Counted from the stretch's first letter, positions 48,633 through 58,327 are shown. The stretch is DNA of 64,000 nt from Pseudomonadota bacterium (GCA_038134595.1 JAYPVM010000005.1:96001-160000); one strand, 5' to 3'. The notes: generated by a model not told the origin, from the sequence alone. Translations and numbers: made by a program.

Positions 48633-48706
48633 TGCGCCCTGAGGGATTCGAACCCCCGACCCTCTGGTTCGAAGCCAGATGCTCTATCCAACTGAGCTAA
48701 AGGCGC
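48633..48706 (-). tRNA. tRNA-Arg (UCG), CCA not encoded
   Basis: GCGCCTT-TA-GCTC-AGTTGGATA-GAGC-A-TCTGG-CTTCGAA-CCAGA-GGGTC-GGGGG-TTCGAAT-CCCTC-AGGGCGC-A, followed by TA rather than CCA. Confidence 0.96.
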
Positions 48707-49008
48707 ACAGGAAGTGGACAAGAGACTACACTATTTTGTGTCGGCTCGTAAAGACTCCTCTCCTATGTGAAACCCGGCAGGGGGGATTTCGAACTTTAGC
48801 TCCTACTCCGCATCTTATTTTATAACCTATTACCCTGTATCTACTAACTATTTCCACCCTTCTTTCCTTAACGTCACCCAAGATTCCCGCCAATCCTCGG
48901 TCGCCACTGATAGAGTTTGCCTAAATCGCTACCTTGTCGCTCGCAGGTCAAAAGACGTAACATATAGGCGTACAATTTCGATGCTATAGACGACAAGAAT
49001 GAATTAGT

Positions 49009-51630
49009 ATGATCTCTCGACTTGTAAAGAAGATACTGAGCCTACGATATTCGATATCAATAGACGGCCTTGAGAATATCAACTCACAACAAAGTGTACT
49101 CATCCTCCCAAATCATCCCGCCGAAATAGATCCCGTCATCATTACAACCTACTTATGGGATTTATTAAGACCCCGCCCAGTCGTATTGGAGACTATGTAT
49201 GAATTGCCTGTTATTAAATCAGTGATGCAAAGGATTAGAGCTATCCCCATGGCTGATATGGACTTTGAGTCTGGTCCTTATAAACGCAGGCGAATAATGA
49301 GAACGCTGGAACATATCGCGACAGCGCTTAACCAAGGTGACAACATCCTCATGTATCCCTCAGGAAGGCTCAGCGTTACTGGGGAGGAAAAACTCGGAGG
49401 TGCATCTGGAGTGCAAACCATCCTAAATTTGGCACCTCAAACCAATGTGGCAGTGATTAAAATACACGGTTTATATGGCAGCATATTCTCCAAAGCTCCA
49501 AGTGGTGGAATCACTCCTGACATCTTCACAACATTCAAAAAGGCCGGTGCCATTTTACTGCAGAATCTACTTTTTTTCTCCCCAAGGCGCACAGTATCTA
49601 TCGAAATTACGTTTAACCCACCAGAATTTCCTCGCTATGGAGATACACTCACAATCAACAAATATCTCGAAGGTATCTACAACAGCCCAATACCTGAAAA
49701 AGCAACTGCTGTACCGTACAGCTTTATACGAAACACACTACCAGAGTTTCCCTCATCTACCCATAGCGATAACTCCGTCGAAGACATCGATGAACAGATC
49801 TCCCAAAAAGTATACGCTTACATCGCTCACATCGCGAACACATCTCGAGAAGATCTCTCGCCACAAACGCTACTCGGCGAGGAACTAGGTATCGACTCTC
49901 TATCTATGGCTGAACTTCTCGTATGGCTAGACAGGGAATTTGAGATACACGATGTTGCACTCCACGAATTAACATCGATAGCGTCGGTCTTACGGATTGC
50001 GGCTGGTAAAAACATAGGTGTTAAACCCCGACCGCAATACACGCCTCCACTTTCTTGGAGACAACCATCAGATTCACGGCCTCATCCTGACTTAGAGGGA
50101 GCTAAAACCATTGAGGAGGCTTTCTTAGTAGCATGTGCTCGTCACGGCAATCTTGTTGCAATGGGTGATGAAAAAAGTGGCATCTGCACCTGGGAGCAAC
50201 TAAAGTCGAAAGTTATCTTTCTTGCCCGCTATATTGCAAGTATCCAAGATCAGCATATCGGCATTCTACTTCCGGCCTCTGTGGCAGGAACGGTTACAAG
50301 CATCGCGACAATGTTAGCGGGCAAAATTCCGGTCTTCCTAAATTGGACTGCGGGCAAGCAGGCTCTATTGCATGCCTGTGAAGCAACGCAATTAAAAACG
50401 ATACTTACCTCCGAATCTTTTTTAGATATCGTTACCAGCGATCTGCACTTCTTGGAGTCGCGTTTTGTAATGCTTGAAGATATTAGAGACAACGCCTCGT
50501 GGCGCGAAAAATTAAAAAGTCATCGCCTCTCAAAAGAAAGTTTGTCTCAAATACTTAGAGCTTTCGGGAGTGATAAGCGTAAATCCTCTGACACTGCCGC
50601 CATGCTTTTTACAAGTGGCTCGGAAGCGCTTCCGAAAGGTGTGCCACTTTCACACAATAACATTCTATCTAACATTCGAGGTATCTTGCACGCCGTACAG
50701 ATTTCCGAAAACGATATTCTTCTCGGGTTTCTACCTCCCTTTCATTCATTTGGACTGACAGTATGTTGCCTCCTTCCCCTCGTCACAGGGCTTCGGGTCG
50801 TCTATCACCCCAATCCAAATGAAAGTCGCAAGCTAGGAAGAGCAATTGAGTCTTGGGGATGTAGTGTCATAGCAGGAACTCCGACCTTTTTGCGTGCGAT
50901 TTTAAAGTCGGGACCTATGGAGCAGTTTCGCTCTCTTCGAGCAATAGTGACAGGAGCAGAACGTGCCCCCAATGAGCTCTTTGAGCTGGCAGAATCGATA
51001 GATCCCAATCTTCACGTCCTCGAAGGTTACGGAATAACAGAATGTGGCCCAGTAGTGAGCGTAGCGCGTCCTAGCGAACCACGCATTGGTGTTGGTCGAC
51101 CGCTTAATGACACTTCAATCGCTGTCGTGCATCCAGAGAAATTCACACCGTGTGAGGAAGGAACCCAAGGATTAATTCTTATCAAAGGGCCGAGCGTTTT
51201 TTCGGGCTACCTCGAGCGCTCAATAGAGCCTTTCTTAGAATATGACAATTCTCACTGGTATAATTCAGGGGATTTAGGATTTCTCCAAGACGGATACCTC
51301 GTGATTACTGGGCGACTCAAGCGCTTCGTTAAGATTGCCGGAGAGATGATCAGTTTAGGTGCTATTGAAGATGTTCTTCAAAAGCACCTCTATTCTCCAG
51401 ATGGCTCCCCCACTGTAGCTGTCCTATCACAAGGCGTTGAAGGGGATAGTCGGCCAAAATTATTGGCTATTATTGCGGGAAATATGTCTCGAGACTCAGC
51501 ACAAGAGATACTCAAATCAAGTGGCTTTCCAACACTTGTTAATCTCTCTTCCGTACACCACGTTACAACATTACCACTGCTAGGTAGCGGTAAGATCGAC
51601 TACCAATCACTCAAACACGATTACGCATGA
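49009..51630 (+). CDS. Aas-like fusion: PlsC acyltransferase + acyl carrier domain + AMP-dependent acyl ligase
   Basis: NHPAEID (HX4D) and YPSG in the PlsC domain; LGIDSL phosphopantetheine Ser; FTSGSEALPKG, EGYGITE, SGDLG and GSGKID in the adenylation domain. Confidence 0.88.
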   Translation: MISRLVKKILSLRYSISIDGLENINSQQSVLILPNHPAEIDPVIITTYLWDLLRPRPVVLETMYELPVIKSVMQRIRAIPMADMDFESGPYKRRRIMRTLEHIATALNQGDNILMYPSGRLSVTGEEKLGGASGVQTILNLAPQTNVAVIKIHGLYGSIFSKAPSGGITPDIFTTFKKAGAILLQNLLFFSPRRTVSIEITFNPPEFPRYGDTLTINKYLEGIYNSPIPEKATAVPYSFIRNTLPEFPSSTHSDNSVEDIDEQISQKVYAYIAHIANTSREDLSPQTLLGEELGIDSLSMAELLVWLDREFEIHDVALHELTSIASVLRIAAGKNIGVKPRPQYTPPLSWRQPSDSRPHPDLEGAKTIEEAFLVACARHGNLVAMGDEKSGICTWEQLKSKVIFLARYIASIQDQHIGILLPASVAGTVTSIATMLAGKIPVFLNWTAGKQALLHACEATQLKTILTSESFLDIVTSDLHFLESRFVMLEDIRDNASWREKLKSHRLSKESLSQILRAFGSDKRKSSDTAAMLFTSGSEALPKGVPLSHNNILSNIRGILHAVQISENDILLGFLPPFHSFGLTVCCLLPLVTGLRVVYHPNPNESRKLGRAIESWGCSVIAGTPTFLRAILKSGPMEQFRSLRAIVTGAERAPNELFELAESIDPNLHVLEGYGITECGPVVSVARPSEPRIGVGRPLNDTSIAVVHPEKFTPCEEGTQGLILIKGPSVFSGYLERSIEPFLEYDNSHWYNSGDLGFLQDGYLVITGRLKRFVKIAGEMISLGAIEDVLQKHLYSPDGSPTVAVLSQGVEGDSRPKLLAIIAGNMSRDSAQEILKSSGFPTLVNLSSVHHVTTLPLLGSGKIDYQSLKHDYA

Positions 51631-51640
51631 GAGATTTAGC

Positions 51641-53023
51641 ATGAGCGCTCGCATCACATTTTTAGGAGCAGCGGGGACGGTTACAGGCTCTACCTACCTC
51701 GTAGAGCACAACGATATTCAGATATTAGTCGATTGCGGACTATTCCAAGGCCCACGGATTTGGCGAGAACGCAATTGGGCCCATCCAGCCTTCGATCCGA
51801 CAAAAATATCCTCCGTAATTCTAACCCACGCTCACATCGACCATATTGGTATGCTTCCCCGCTATTTCTCGAAGGGTCTAACGTGCCCTGTTTTTGCCTC
51901 TCCAGCGACAGCTGAATTGGCTCCCTTGCTACTTGCCGATAGCGGAAGACTGCATGAAGAGGAAGCCTTGTATCGCACGCAACACGGAAAGTCGCGACAC
52001 TCACCTCCTCTGCCGCTCTATACTGAGGATGATGCACGAAAAGCCTCGAAGCTAATCCGTTCGGTGCCAATTAACCAACAAGTCACCGTTTCGCCAAATA
52101 TCACGGCAGAATGGAAACCGATGGGACACATTCTTGGTGCCTGCTCAATTCAGCTACGAATCGACTCAAAGCTCATCACATTTTCCGGAGATATCGGAAG
52201 ATACGATCAACCTATCCTTGTTGACCCACAACCCCAGACTCTAGGCGATCTACTTCTCATAGAATCGACCTACGGCGATAGATACCACAATTCGTCAACA
52301 CACCCACGCGATGGCCTACAACGGGTTATTACAAAAACCGCAAACCGTGGTGGTGTTATAGTAATACCAAGTTTCGCTGTAGGCCGAACCCAAACTCTTC
52401 TCTATTACATCCGAGAGTTGAAGGCGGCTAAAGTGATTCCCGACATCCCTGTGATCATTGATAGCCCTATGGCCCGGGATGCAACTTCCATCTATCAGCG
52501 ACATACCTCTGAGTATGACAGCCAAGCAAGTGAATTATTAAGTCGCGGCTTTTCCCCATTTACCCCCACAAAGATGCATTTTATCAGAGACCGAAACGAA
52601 TCCATCGCTCTTAACAAAATAGACCAGCCAATGATCTTGATCTCAGCAAGTGGCATGCTAAGCGGTGGTCGCATATTACACCATCTAAAACACCGAATAG
52701 GCGATCCCCGGAATACGATTTTATTCGTCGGATATCAGCCTCCCGGATCTCGCGGCGACTGGATCCTGCAGGGCAATAAATCAGTGCGGCTCTTTGGAGA
52801 TGAATTTCCAATACGAGCAGAAGTTGCAGAAATCAGCGGATTGAGCGCTCACGCTGACCTAGAAGAATTGATACGATGGTGCAAATCGTGCAATGGCTCC
52901 CCCACAAAGGTCGCTATCACGCACGGCGAGCCCAGCTCTGCTCGTCACTTTGAAAAAGTCCTCCAAGAGGAGCTATCGTGGAATACCGCCGTGGCGAGCT
53001 ATCTAGGTTCTGTCACGGTGTAG
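51641..53023 (+). CDS. Metallo-beta-lactamase / beta-CASP ribonuclease (Ysh1/CPSF73-like)
   Basis: GAAGTVTGS, THAHIDH, GHILG, SGDIG, ESTYG, SASGM and SAHAD motifs. Confidence 0.92.
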   Translation: MSARITFLGAAGTVTGSTYLVEHNDIQILVDCGLFQGPRIWRERNWAHPAFDPTKISSVILTHAHIDHIGMLPRYFSKGLTCPVFASPATAELAPLLLADSGRLHEEEALYRTQHGKSRHSPPLPLYTEDDARKASKLIRSVPINQQVTVSPNITAEWKPMGHILGACSIQLRIDSKLITFSGDIGRYDQPILVDPQPQTLGDLLLIESTYGDRYHNSSTHPRDGLQRVITKTANRGGVIVIPSFAVGRTQTLLYYIRELKAAKVIPDIPVIIDSPMARDATSIYQRHTSEYDSQASELLSRGFSPFTPTKMHFIRDRNESIALNKIDQPMILISASGMLSGGRILHHLKHRIGDPRNTILFVGYQPPGSRGDWILQGNKSVRLFGDEFPIRAEVAEISGLSAHADLEELIRWCKSCNGSPTKVAITHGEPSSARHFEKVLQEELSWNTAVASYLGSVTV

Positions 53024-53065
53024 TTAAGTTCATCGCACCAGCAGATTCTACCTGCGGCATAAATT

Positions 53066-53632
53066 CTATACCAAGACCTCACAAATCCGCTTGAACACCT
53101 CGTCTATAGAGCCGACCCCATCTACCTCTGATAAAATTCCTTCAGCGGCATAGAATTTGGCAACAGGCGCTGTCTGCTCTAAATACACCTGATATCGATG
53201 GGACGCAACTTCAGCCGAATCGTCACTTCTCGAAGAGTCACCTTGAGCACTCCGTCCCTGAATCCTCTCCAGAAGAACCTCTTCTGGAACAACAATCTGC
53301 ACAACATGAGACACCATCCGACCACTTTGACTGAGAACAGTCCGAAGAATCTCCGCTTGCTTTGTAGTGCGTGGCACACCATCGAGTAAAAAACCTTGAG
53401 CACAATCCTCCTTGCCAATCCGATCGGCAACCAACTCCATAACCACCTCATCGGAGACAAGCCCACCAGAATCCAGAATGCCCTGAACCTTAAGACCCAG
53501 CGGTGTTTTGGCCGCGACATGCTCTCTGAAGATATTTCCTGTCGAAATATGCGGCACACCAAATTTTTCAACTATGAGATCGGCCTGCGTTCCCTTTCCT
53601 GCACCCGGAGGACCCAAAAGTACTACTCTCAT
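53066..53632 (-). CDS. adk: Adenylate kinase (short-LID type)
   Basis: GPPGAGKGTQA, HISTG, FLLDGVPR and RSDD motifs; follows secY. Confidence 0.96.
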   Translation of the reverse strand: MRVVLLGPPGAGKGTQADLIVEKFGVPHISTGNIFREHVAAKTPLGLKVQGILDSGGLVSDEVVMELVADRIGKEDCAQGFLLDGVPRTTKQAEILRTVLSQSGRMVSHVVQIVVPEEVLLERIQGRSAQGDSSRSDDSAEVASHRYQVYLEQTAPVAKFYAAEGILSEVDGVGSIDEVFKRICEVLV

Positions 53633-53678
53633 ATCAAGACACCTCCCTTCGTTATGTCTAGCTTACAATAATAAGACC

Positions 53679-55013
53679 TTAGCGACGCACGAGTCGGTTG
53701 CGAGTATAACTAGCAGAGCCAACTCCGCCTCTGACTTTGGATGACTTGGACATGAAGGTCTCATAATTCCGTGCAACTAGCATCGATTCAATTTGTGAAG
53801 CCGTATCAAGCGTTACACCAACTACGATTAACACCGCAGTTCCTCCAAATACATATGCAAACTGAGACGCTCCCATCTCTAAATAAATCACCTGTGGAAG
53901 CACACACACAAGCGAAATGTATATAGCACCCCATAGAGTAAGGCGAGTTAAAACCGCATACAAATAGTCAGCGGTCTCCTGTCCGGGACGTACCAAGGGT
54001 ATAAAACCACCGTTCTTCTTCAAATTCTCAGCAACCTCTACTGGGTTAAATACCACCGCGGTATAAAAGAAACTGAACAATACAATCAGCACAACGTAAA
54101 CCGTCTCATATCCCCACGAACCGGGAGTAAAAATCTTCGCAAAAACTGAAATATCTGCACCCGGAATTACGGTGAGCAGGGTTGCTGGCAACATCATGAT
54201 GGCCGAAGCAAAAATAGGTGGTATCACCCCGGTCATATTTACTTTAAGTGGCATGTATTGCGTCTGAGCCTGAGTCATGCGTTTTCCAACCATACGACGC
54301 GGGTACTGAATAGGAATTTTCCTATGTGAACGCTCGACAAACACAATCGCATAAATTGAGAAGACGGAGAACAAAATCAGGAACAGAATAGCAAACGGGG
54401 AAACCTCACCCGTTCGAGCTAATTCAACAGTAGAGCCGAAAACCGATGGCATCCGAGCCGCAAGACCTGCAAAAATAATTATGCTCGTTCCATTACCTAA
54501 TCCTCGCTCGGTAATTTGCTCACCAAGCCACATGATAAAAGACGTTCCCGCCGTTAGAGTGATAACCGTAACTAACTCAAAGGTGAACCCCGGAGTAGCT
54601 AATCCCTTGGCTTCAAGCGCTCGAGCAATCATATAACTCTGGAATAACGCCAGTAGAATAGTACCCTGACGGGTGTAACGAGTAAGAATACGCCTACCTG
54701 CATCACCCTCTTTTTTAAGATTCTCAAGATAGGGAAAGCTTGGGGTCAACAGCTGAATGATAATCGATACTGTAATGTAGGGCGATATTCCTAATGTAAA
54801 TATCGAGAACTGCTCTAATGCACCTCCGGAGAAAAGGTTAATCAAACCAAAGATGGTGTTCGAACTAGACTCAAACATCTGACGAATCTTATCGACATCA
54901 ACACCCGGAGTGGACACGAAGACCCCGAGTCGGTATACCGCCAACATTGAAATGGTAAACATTAATCTCTTTTTCAATTCTGGAATTTGAAATACCGATA
55001 GCAATCCGCTCAT
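53679..55013 (-). CDS. secY: Preprotein translocase subunit SecY
   Basis: SIFTLGISPYITVSIIIQLL, WLGEQITERGLGNG, GVIPPIFA and RPG motifs. Confidence 0.98.
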   Translation of the reverse strand: MSGLLSVFQIPELKKRLMFTISMLAVYRLGVFVSTPGVDVDKIRQMFESSSNTIFGLINLFSGGALEQFSIFTLGISPYITVSIIIQLLTPSFPYLENLKKEGDAGRRILTRYTRQGTILLALFQSYMIARALEAKGLATPGFTFELVTVITLTAGTSFIMWLGEQITERGLGNGTSIIIFAGLAARMPSVFGSTVELARTGEVSPFAILFLILFSVFSIYAIVFVERSHRKIPIQYPRRMVGKRMTQAQTQYMPLKVNMTGVIPPIFASAIMMLPATLLTVIPGADISVFAKIFTPGSWGYETVYVVLIVLFSFFYTAVVFNPVEVAENLKKNGGFIPLVRPGQETADYLYAVLTRLTLWGAIYISLVCVLPQVIYLEMGASQFAYVFGGTAVLIVVGVTLDTASQIESMLVARNYETFMSKSSKVRGGVGSASYTRNRLVRR

Positions 55014-55577
55014 GAATCCCTCATTAAAATTTGTTTTGCAACATCACCCGCCTCGGACACGAGCACTCTTGAGTTATTACTGCCCTGTTATTGGAATACA
55101 ACAGTTCGCTCGGCTTTTAGGAACATCAAAGAGCTCCAAAACAATAAAGCGAACCCGAAACCGACCATAACTATAACGAAAAAAAGACCATAAAGCCCAG
55201 AGTGATTTACGTTAAAAGTAAATTTTTCTCCCCAGAAAAAGCTTTAATCAAATCTTCAAAAATCCTGTCTTTTATAGAGATAGAATCAAACGTCATACTC
55301 CAAACATAACGCAATTGCTATTTCAGAAGACGATCCAAACAATTCCTAGCAACCAGCAAGACTAGCTTGCTAGTTAGATACCGGCTATTCAACGACGTGT
55401 AGCACACTATTCTAGCCCAATAGAACACCTCGATTCAGGCAAATTATGGATGAGAGGCAAAACAGCCAAAAGCAAAACCCCTTGTCGTGCAGTTACGTAG
55501 CAGGAGACTGCGCCCTACGAGCTCTCTAACGCCTAGTTCCGCCCCAGATACTCCAGTTACTGCCTTCTTATACATAC

Positions 55578-55611
55578 AAAAAAAAAAGAGGCTCCACTTG
55601 GAGCCTCTTTT
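55578..55611 (-). terminator. Rho-independent terminator after rplO
   Basis: Minus strand AAAAGAGGCTCC-AAGT-GGAGCCTC followed by 10 T. Confidence 0.88.
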
Positions 55612-55642
55612 AGCATTCACGTGCGATACGTTGCCCAAAAAT

Positions 55643-56122
55643 CTAGACCAGCTCTACAGTTCCTCCAGCTGATTCTATCTTTGCTTTCGCACCAGCAGAT
55701 ATTGCACTAACCTTAAGATGAAGCTTTTTAGTAACGGTATCAATATCGGAAAGAATCTTCACTCCAGCTTTTGCTTTGCTTCCCTTAGCGTATCCGAGTT
55801 CTTTGACCTTTTCCAAGTCAACGGTCGTTCCATCCTCCAATCGATCAAGCACCGATAGACGAACGATGTGGTACTGATTCTTCCCAAGCAACCCAACGCG
55901 GGACTGAAATCCAAATTTAGGTACCCTTCTGTAAAGCGGCATCTGACCACCCTCAAAACCGGCAGGGATAGATACACCCGCACGAGCTTTCTGGCCTTTG
56001 CCCCCTTTACCAGAGGTCTTTCCGTGTCCCGAAGCCTCTCCTCTACCAACTCGCCTGCGAGGCTTTGTAGAGCCTTTGAGCGGCTTTAGATTGCTAAGAT
56101 TATACTCTTTATTACTGCCCAT
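55643..56122 (-). CDS. rplO: 50S ribosomal protein L15
   Basis: RVGRGEASGHGKTSGKGGKGQKAR and GFEGGQMPLYRRVPKFGF motifs. ATG at 56122. Confidence 0.98.
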   Translation of the reverse strand: MGSNKEYNLSNLKPLKGSTKPRRRVGRGEASGHGKTSGKGGKGQKARAGVSIPAGFEGGQMPLYRRVPKFGFQSRVGLLGKNQYHIVRLSVLDRLEDGTTVDLEKVKELGYAKGSKAKAGVKILSDIDTVTKKLHLKVSAISAGAKAKIESAGGTVELV

Positions 56123-56153
56123 CTCGGACCCCTCTATCAACTAACTATTACCA

Positions 56154-56336
56154 CTATTTTGCTGGAGATATCTCGATGAGATGCTCGACAGCCTTAAGCA
56201 TACCTTTGACGCTCGCATTAAGTTCTATCTCTCTCTGTTTTCCGATACCACCTAAACCGATCGCTTTTAGCGTATCGAGAACACGCTTATTACGACCTAT
56301 GTGACTACGAACCTGCTTAACAACTACCTTATCCAT
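56154..56336 (-). CDS. rpmD: 50S ribosomal protein L30
   Basis: VKQVRSHIGR...TLKAIGL...VKGML; spc-operon position. Confidence 0.95.
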   Translation of the reverse strand: MDKVVVKQVRSHIGRNKRVLDTLKAIGLGGIGKQREIELNASVKGMLKAVEHLIEISPAK

Positions 56337-56370
56337 ATCTCACCGTACTTACGCTCTATGAACCTATTCC

Positions 56371-56907
56371 TTAGAAAGGCTTGTAGCCCATCTCCTCTAC
56401 GCTAACACCACGCATCGCTGCAACAGTCTCCGGGTCACTCAGATCCAACAATCCCGCAATAGTTGCACGCAAAACGTTTTGTGCAGTATTCGAACCAATG
56501 CATTTTGTCCTAATGTCTGTAATTCCGCATACATCCATGACGGCACGAACAGAGGCACCGGCTATAACGCCCGTTCCTGGAGCACCTGGCTTCAAAATCA
56601 CCGTTGAAGGTCCCGATTTACCCACAATATCGTGTGGTATAGAAGTCCCTTTAAGAGGAATCCTAACGAGCCGCTTTCTTGCTTGCTCTGACGCCTTCCG
56701 AATAGCGTCTGGAACCTCAACCGCTTTTCCCAAACCGAAACCCACGTGTCCCCGACCGTCTCCTGTGACCACCAAAGCACTAAAGCTGAACCGACGTCCT
56801 CCCTTCACAACCTTAGCAACACGGTTGATAAAAACAGTCTTGTCAGTCAACTCACCGCATTGATCAGCTGTTACTCTTCTACTATCGAGTCTATCTTTAA
56901 AAGCCAT
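56371..56907 (-). CDS. rpsE: 30S ribosomal protein S5
   Basis: [25 protein letters not shown] motif. Confidence 0.99.
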   Translation of the reverse strand: MAFKDRLDSRRVTADQCGELTDKTVFINRVAKVVKGGRRFSFSALVVTGDGRGHVGFGLGKAVEVPDAIRKASEQARKRLVRIPLKGTSIPHDIVGKSGPSTVILKPGAPGTGVIAGASVRAVMDVCGITDIRTKCIGSNTAQNVLRATIAGLLDLSDPETVAAMRGVSVEEMGYKPF

Positions 56908-56920
56908 ACTAAAACATCCT

Positions 56921-57328
56921 CTATAAAGTCAATCCACCCTCACGAGCCCCATCCGCTAAAGCTTTTACGCGTCCGGTATAGAGGAACCCATTCCTGTCAA
57001 ACACTACCTGTGAAACACTTGCACCCTTTGCTCGCTCTGCAAGTACCAATCCTACAGCCTTAGCCGCAAGTACTGATTTAGCGCTGTCTTTTGCGCCTTC
57101 AGCCTGTCCAGCTAGCTGAGCGATACGCTCTTTGACATCTTTATCGAGAGTGGAGGCACTAGCCAAAGTCCTATGATTCGTGTCAGAAACCACTTGAGCA
57201 TACGTATGCTTTGAGCTCCTAAAAATACTAAGCCTTGGCTTAACATCAGTGCCACTAATCTTCTGACGAATGCGAAGCTTTCGCTTCATTCGTGCGTTAC
57301 TCGCTACCTTTTTTGCTTGCGTAGCCAT
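56921..57328 (-). CDS. rplR: 50S ribosomal protein L18
   Basis: [15 protein letters not shown] and [25 protein letters not shown] motifs. Confidence 0.98.
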   Translation of the reverse strand: MATQAKKVASNARMKRKLRIRQKISGTDVKPRLSIFRSSKHTYAQVVSDTNHRTLASASTLDKDVKERIAQLAGQAEGAKDSAKSVLAAKAVGLVLAERAKGASVSQVVFDRNGFLYTGRVKALADGAREGGLTL

Positions 57329-57361
57329 ATGCCACCTCTACTCCCTACCTACGTTACTTCT

Positions 57362-57895
57362 TTACTTACCAGCCTTACCTGCCTTACGACGTACCTTCTC
57401 TCCGGCATATCGGATACCCTTACCAAGATACGGCTCTGGAGGTTGTACATCCCGAATCTTCGCAGCAAATGTTCCAACCAACTCTCTATTAGTTGACTCG
57501 AGCTCAATACTCGTCTTAGCTACCTTCGCTGAAACTCCCTGAGGAATCGTCATTATCACATCGTGAGAAAACCCAACAGACAAGACAATATCGTTACCTT
57601 GTTGCTTTGCTGTATATCCCACTCCGTGAAGCTCGAGAACTTTTTGCCAGCCCTTGCTTACGCCCTGAACCATGTTGTTGATAATAGCACGAGTAGTGCC
57701 GTAGTTAGCCCGAGCCTGGGAGTCGCTTCCCTCTAGCTTCACAACGACTTGACTCTCTGCTAGCTCAACCTTCACACCACTCTTTACATCGTATGAAAGC
57801 TTACCCTTTGGGCCCTCAACCAAAACTGTATCACCACTAACAGTGGCTTTTACACCTTGCGGCACTTCCACAGGCAATTTACCGATACGTGACAT
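57362..57895 (-). CDS. rplF: 50S ribosomal protein L6
   Basis: MSRIGKLP and PEPYLGKGIRY motifs. Confidence 0.99.
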   Translation of the reverse strand: MSRIGKLPVEVPQGVKATVSGDTVLVEGPKGKLSYDVKSGVKVELAESQVVVKLEGSDSQARANYGTTRAIINNMVQGVSKGWQKVLELHGVGYTAKQQGNDIVLSVGFSHDVIMTIPQGVSAKVAKTSIELESTNRELVGTFAAKIRDVQPPEPYLGKGIRYAGEKVRRKAGKAGK

Positions 57896-57912
57896 ACAAA
57901 TACCCCTCTAAA

Positions 57913-58311
57913 TTATCCCACTAGCGCCAAAACCTCTCCACCCACTCGGCTCTTGCGCGCTTCATGGTCGGTCATGACTCCTTTTGAGGTGGAAACTATC
58001 GCCACACCCAAACCGCTACTTACTTGCGGCAACTTGTCAGTCTTAAAATACTGGCGCCGTCCTGGTGTTGACACCCGACGTGCCCTTGCAATAGCTGGTC
58101 GTCCATCGGCAAAGTACTTCAGGTCTACCTTTATTGCTGGCTTCTCATTGGCGTTTTGAGCGTTTTCAAAACCCTCTATAAACCCCTCTCTTTTCAAAAC
58201 ATCTAAAATGTTTCTATTAAGATTAGACACAGTGACCAGAACCGATCTATGTCCGGCTCGTTGACCATTCTTAATCCTTGCAAGCATGTCTGATACGTGA
58301 TCGTTTATCAT
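57913..58311 (-). CDS. rpsH: 30S ribosomal protein S8
   Basis: DMLARIKNG, RVSTPGRRQY and STSKGVMT...GGEVL motifs. Confidence 0.98.
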   Translation of the reverse strand: MINDHVSDMLARIKNGQRAGHRSVLVTVSNLNRNILDVLKREGFIEGFENAQNANEKPAIKVDLKYFADGRPAIARARRVSTPGRRQYFKTDKLPQVSSGLGVAIVSTSKGVMTDHEARKSRVGGEVLALVG

Positions 58312-58327
58312 TTCCCTTTTCCCTCGA

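Noticed and set aside
48764..48794. Degenerate tRNA 3' fragment (CCCGGCAGGGGGATTTCGAAC) upstream of tRNA-Arg
   Set aside because: It resembles a T-loop but the T-stem does not pair and no cloverleaf can be built.
55444..55672. Short ORFs in the rplO-secY spacer as hidden r-protein genes (S14 or L36)
   Set aside because: The translations resemble neither protein and run through the terminator hairpin.
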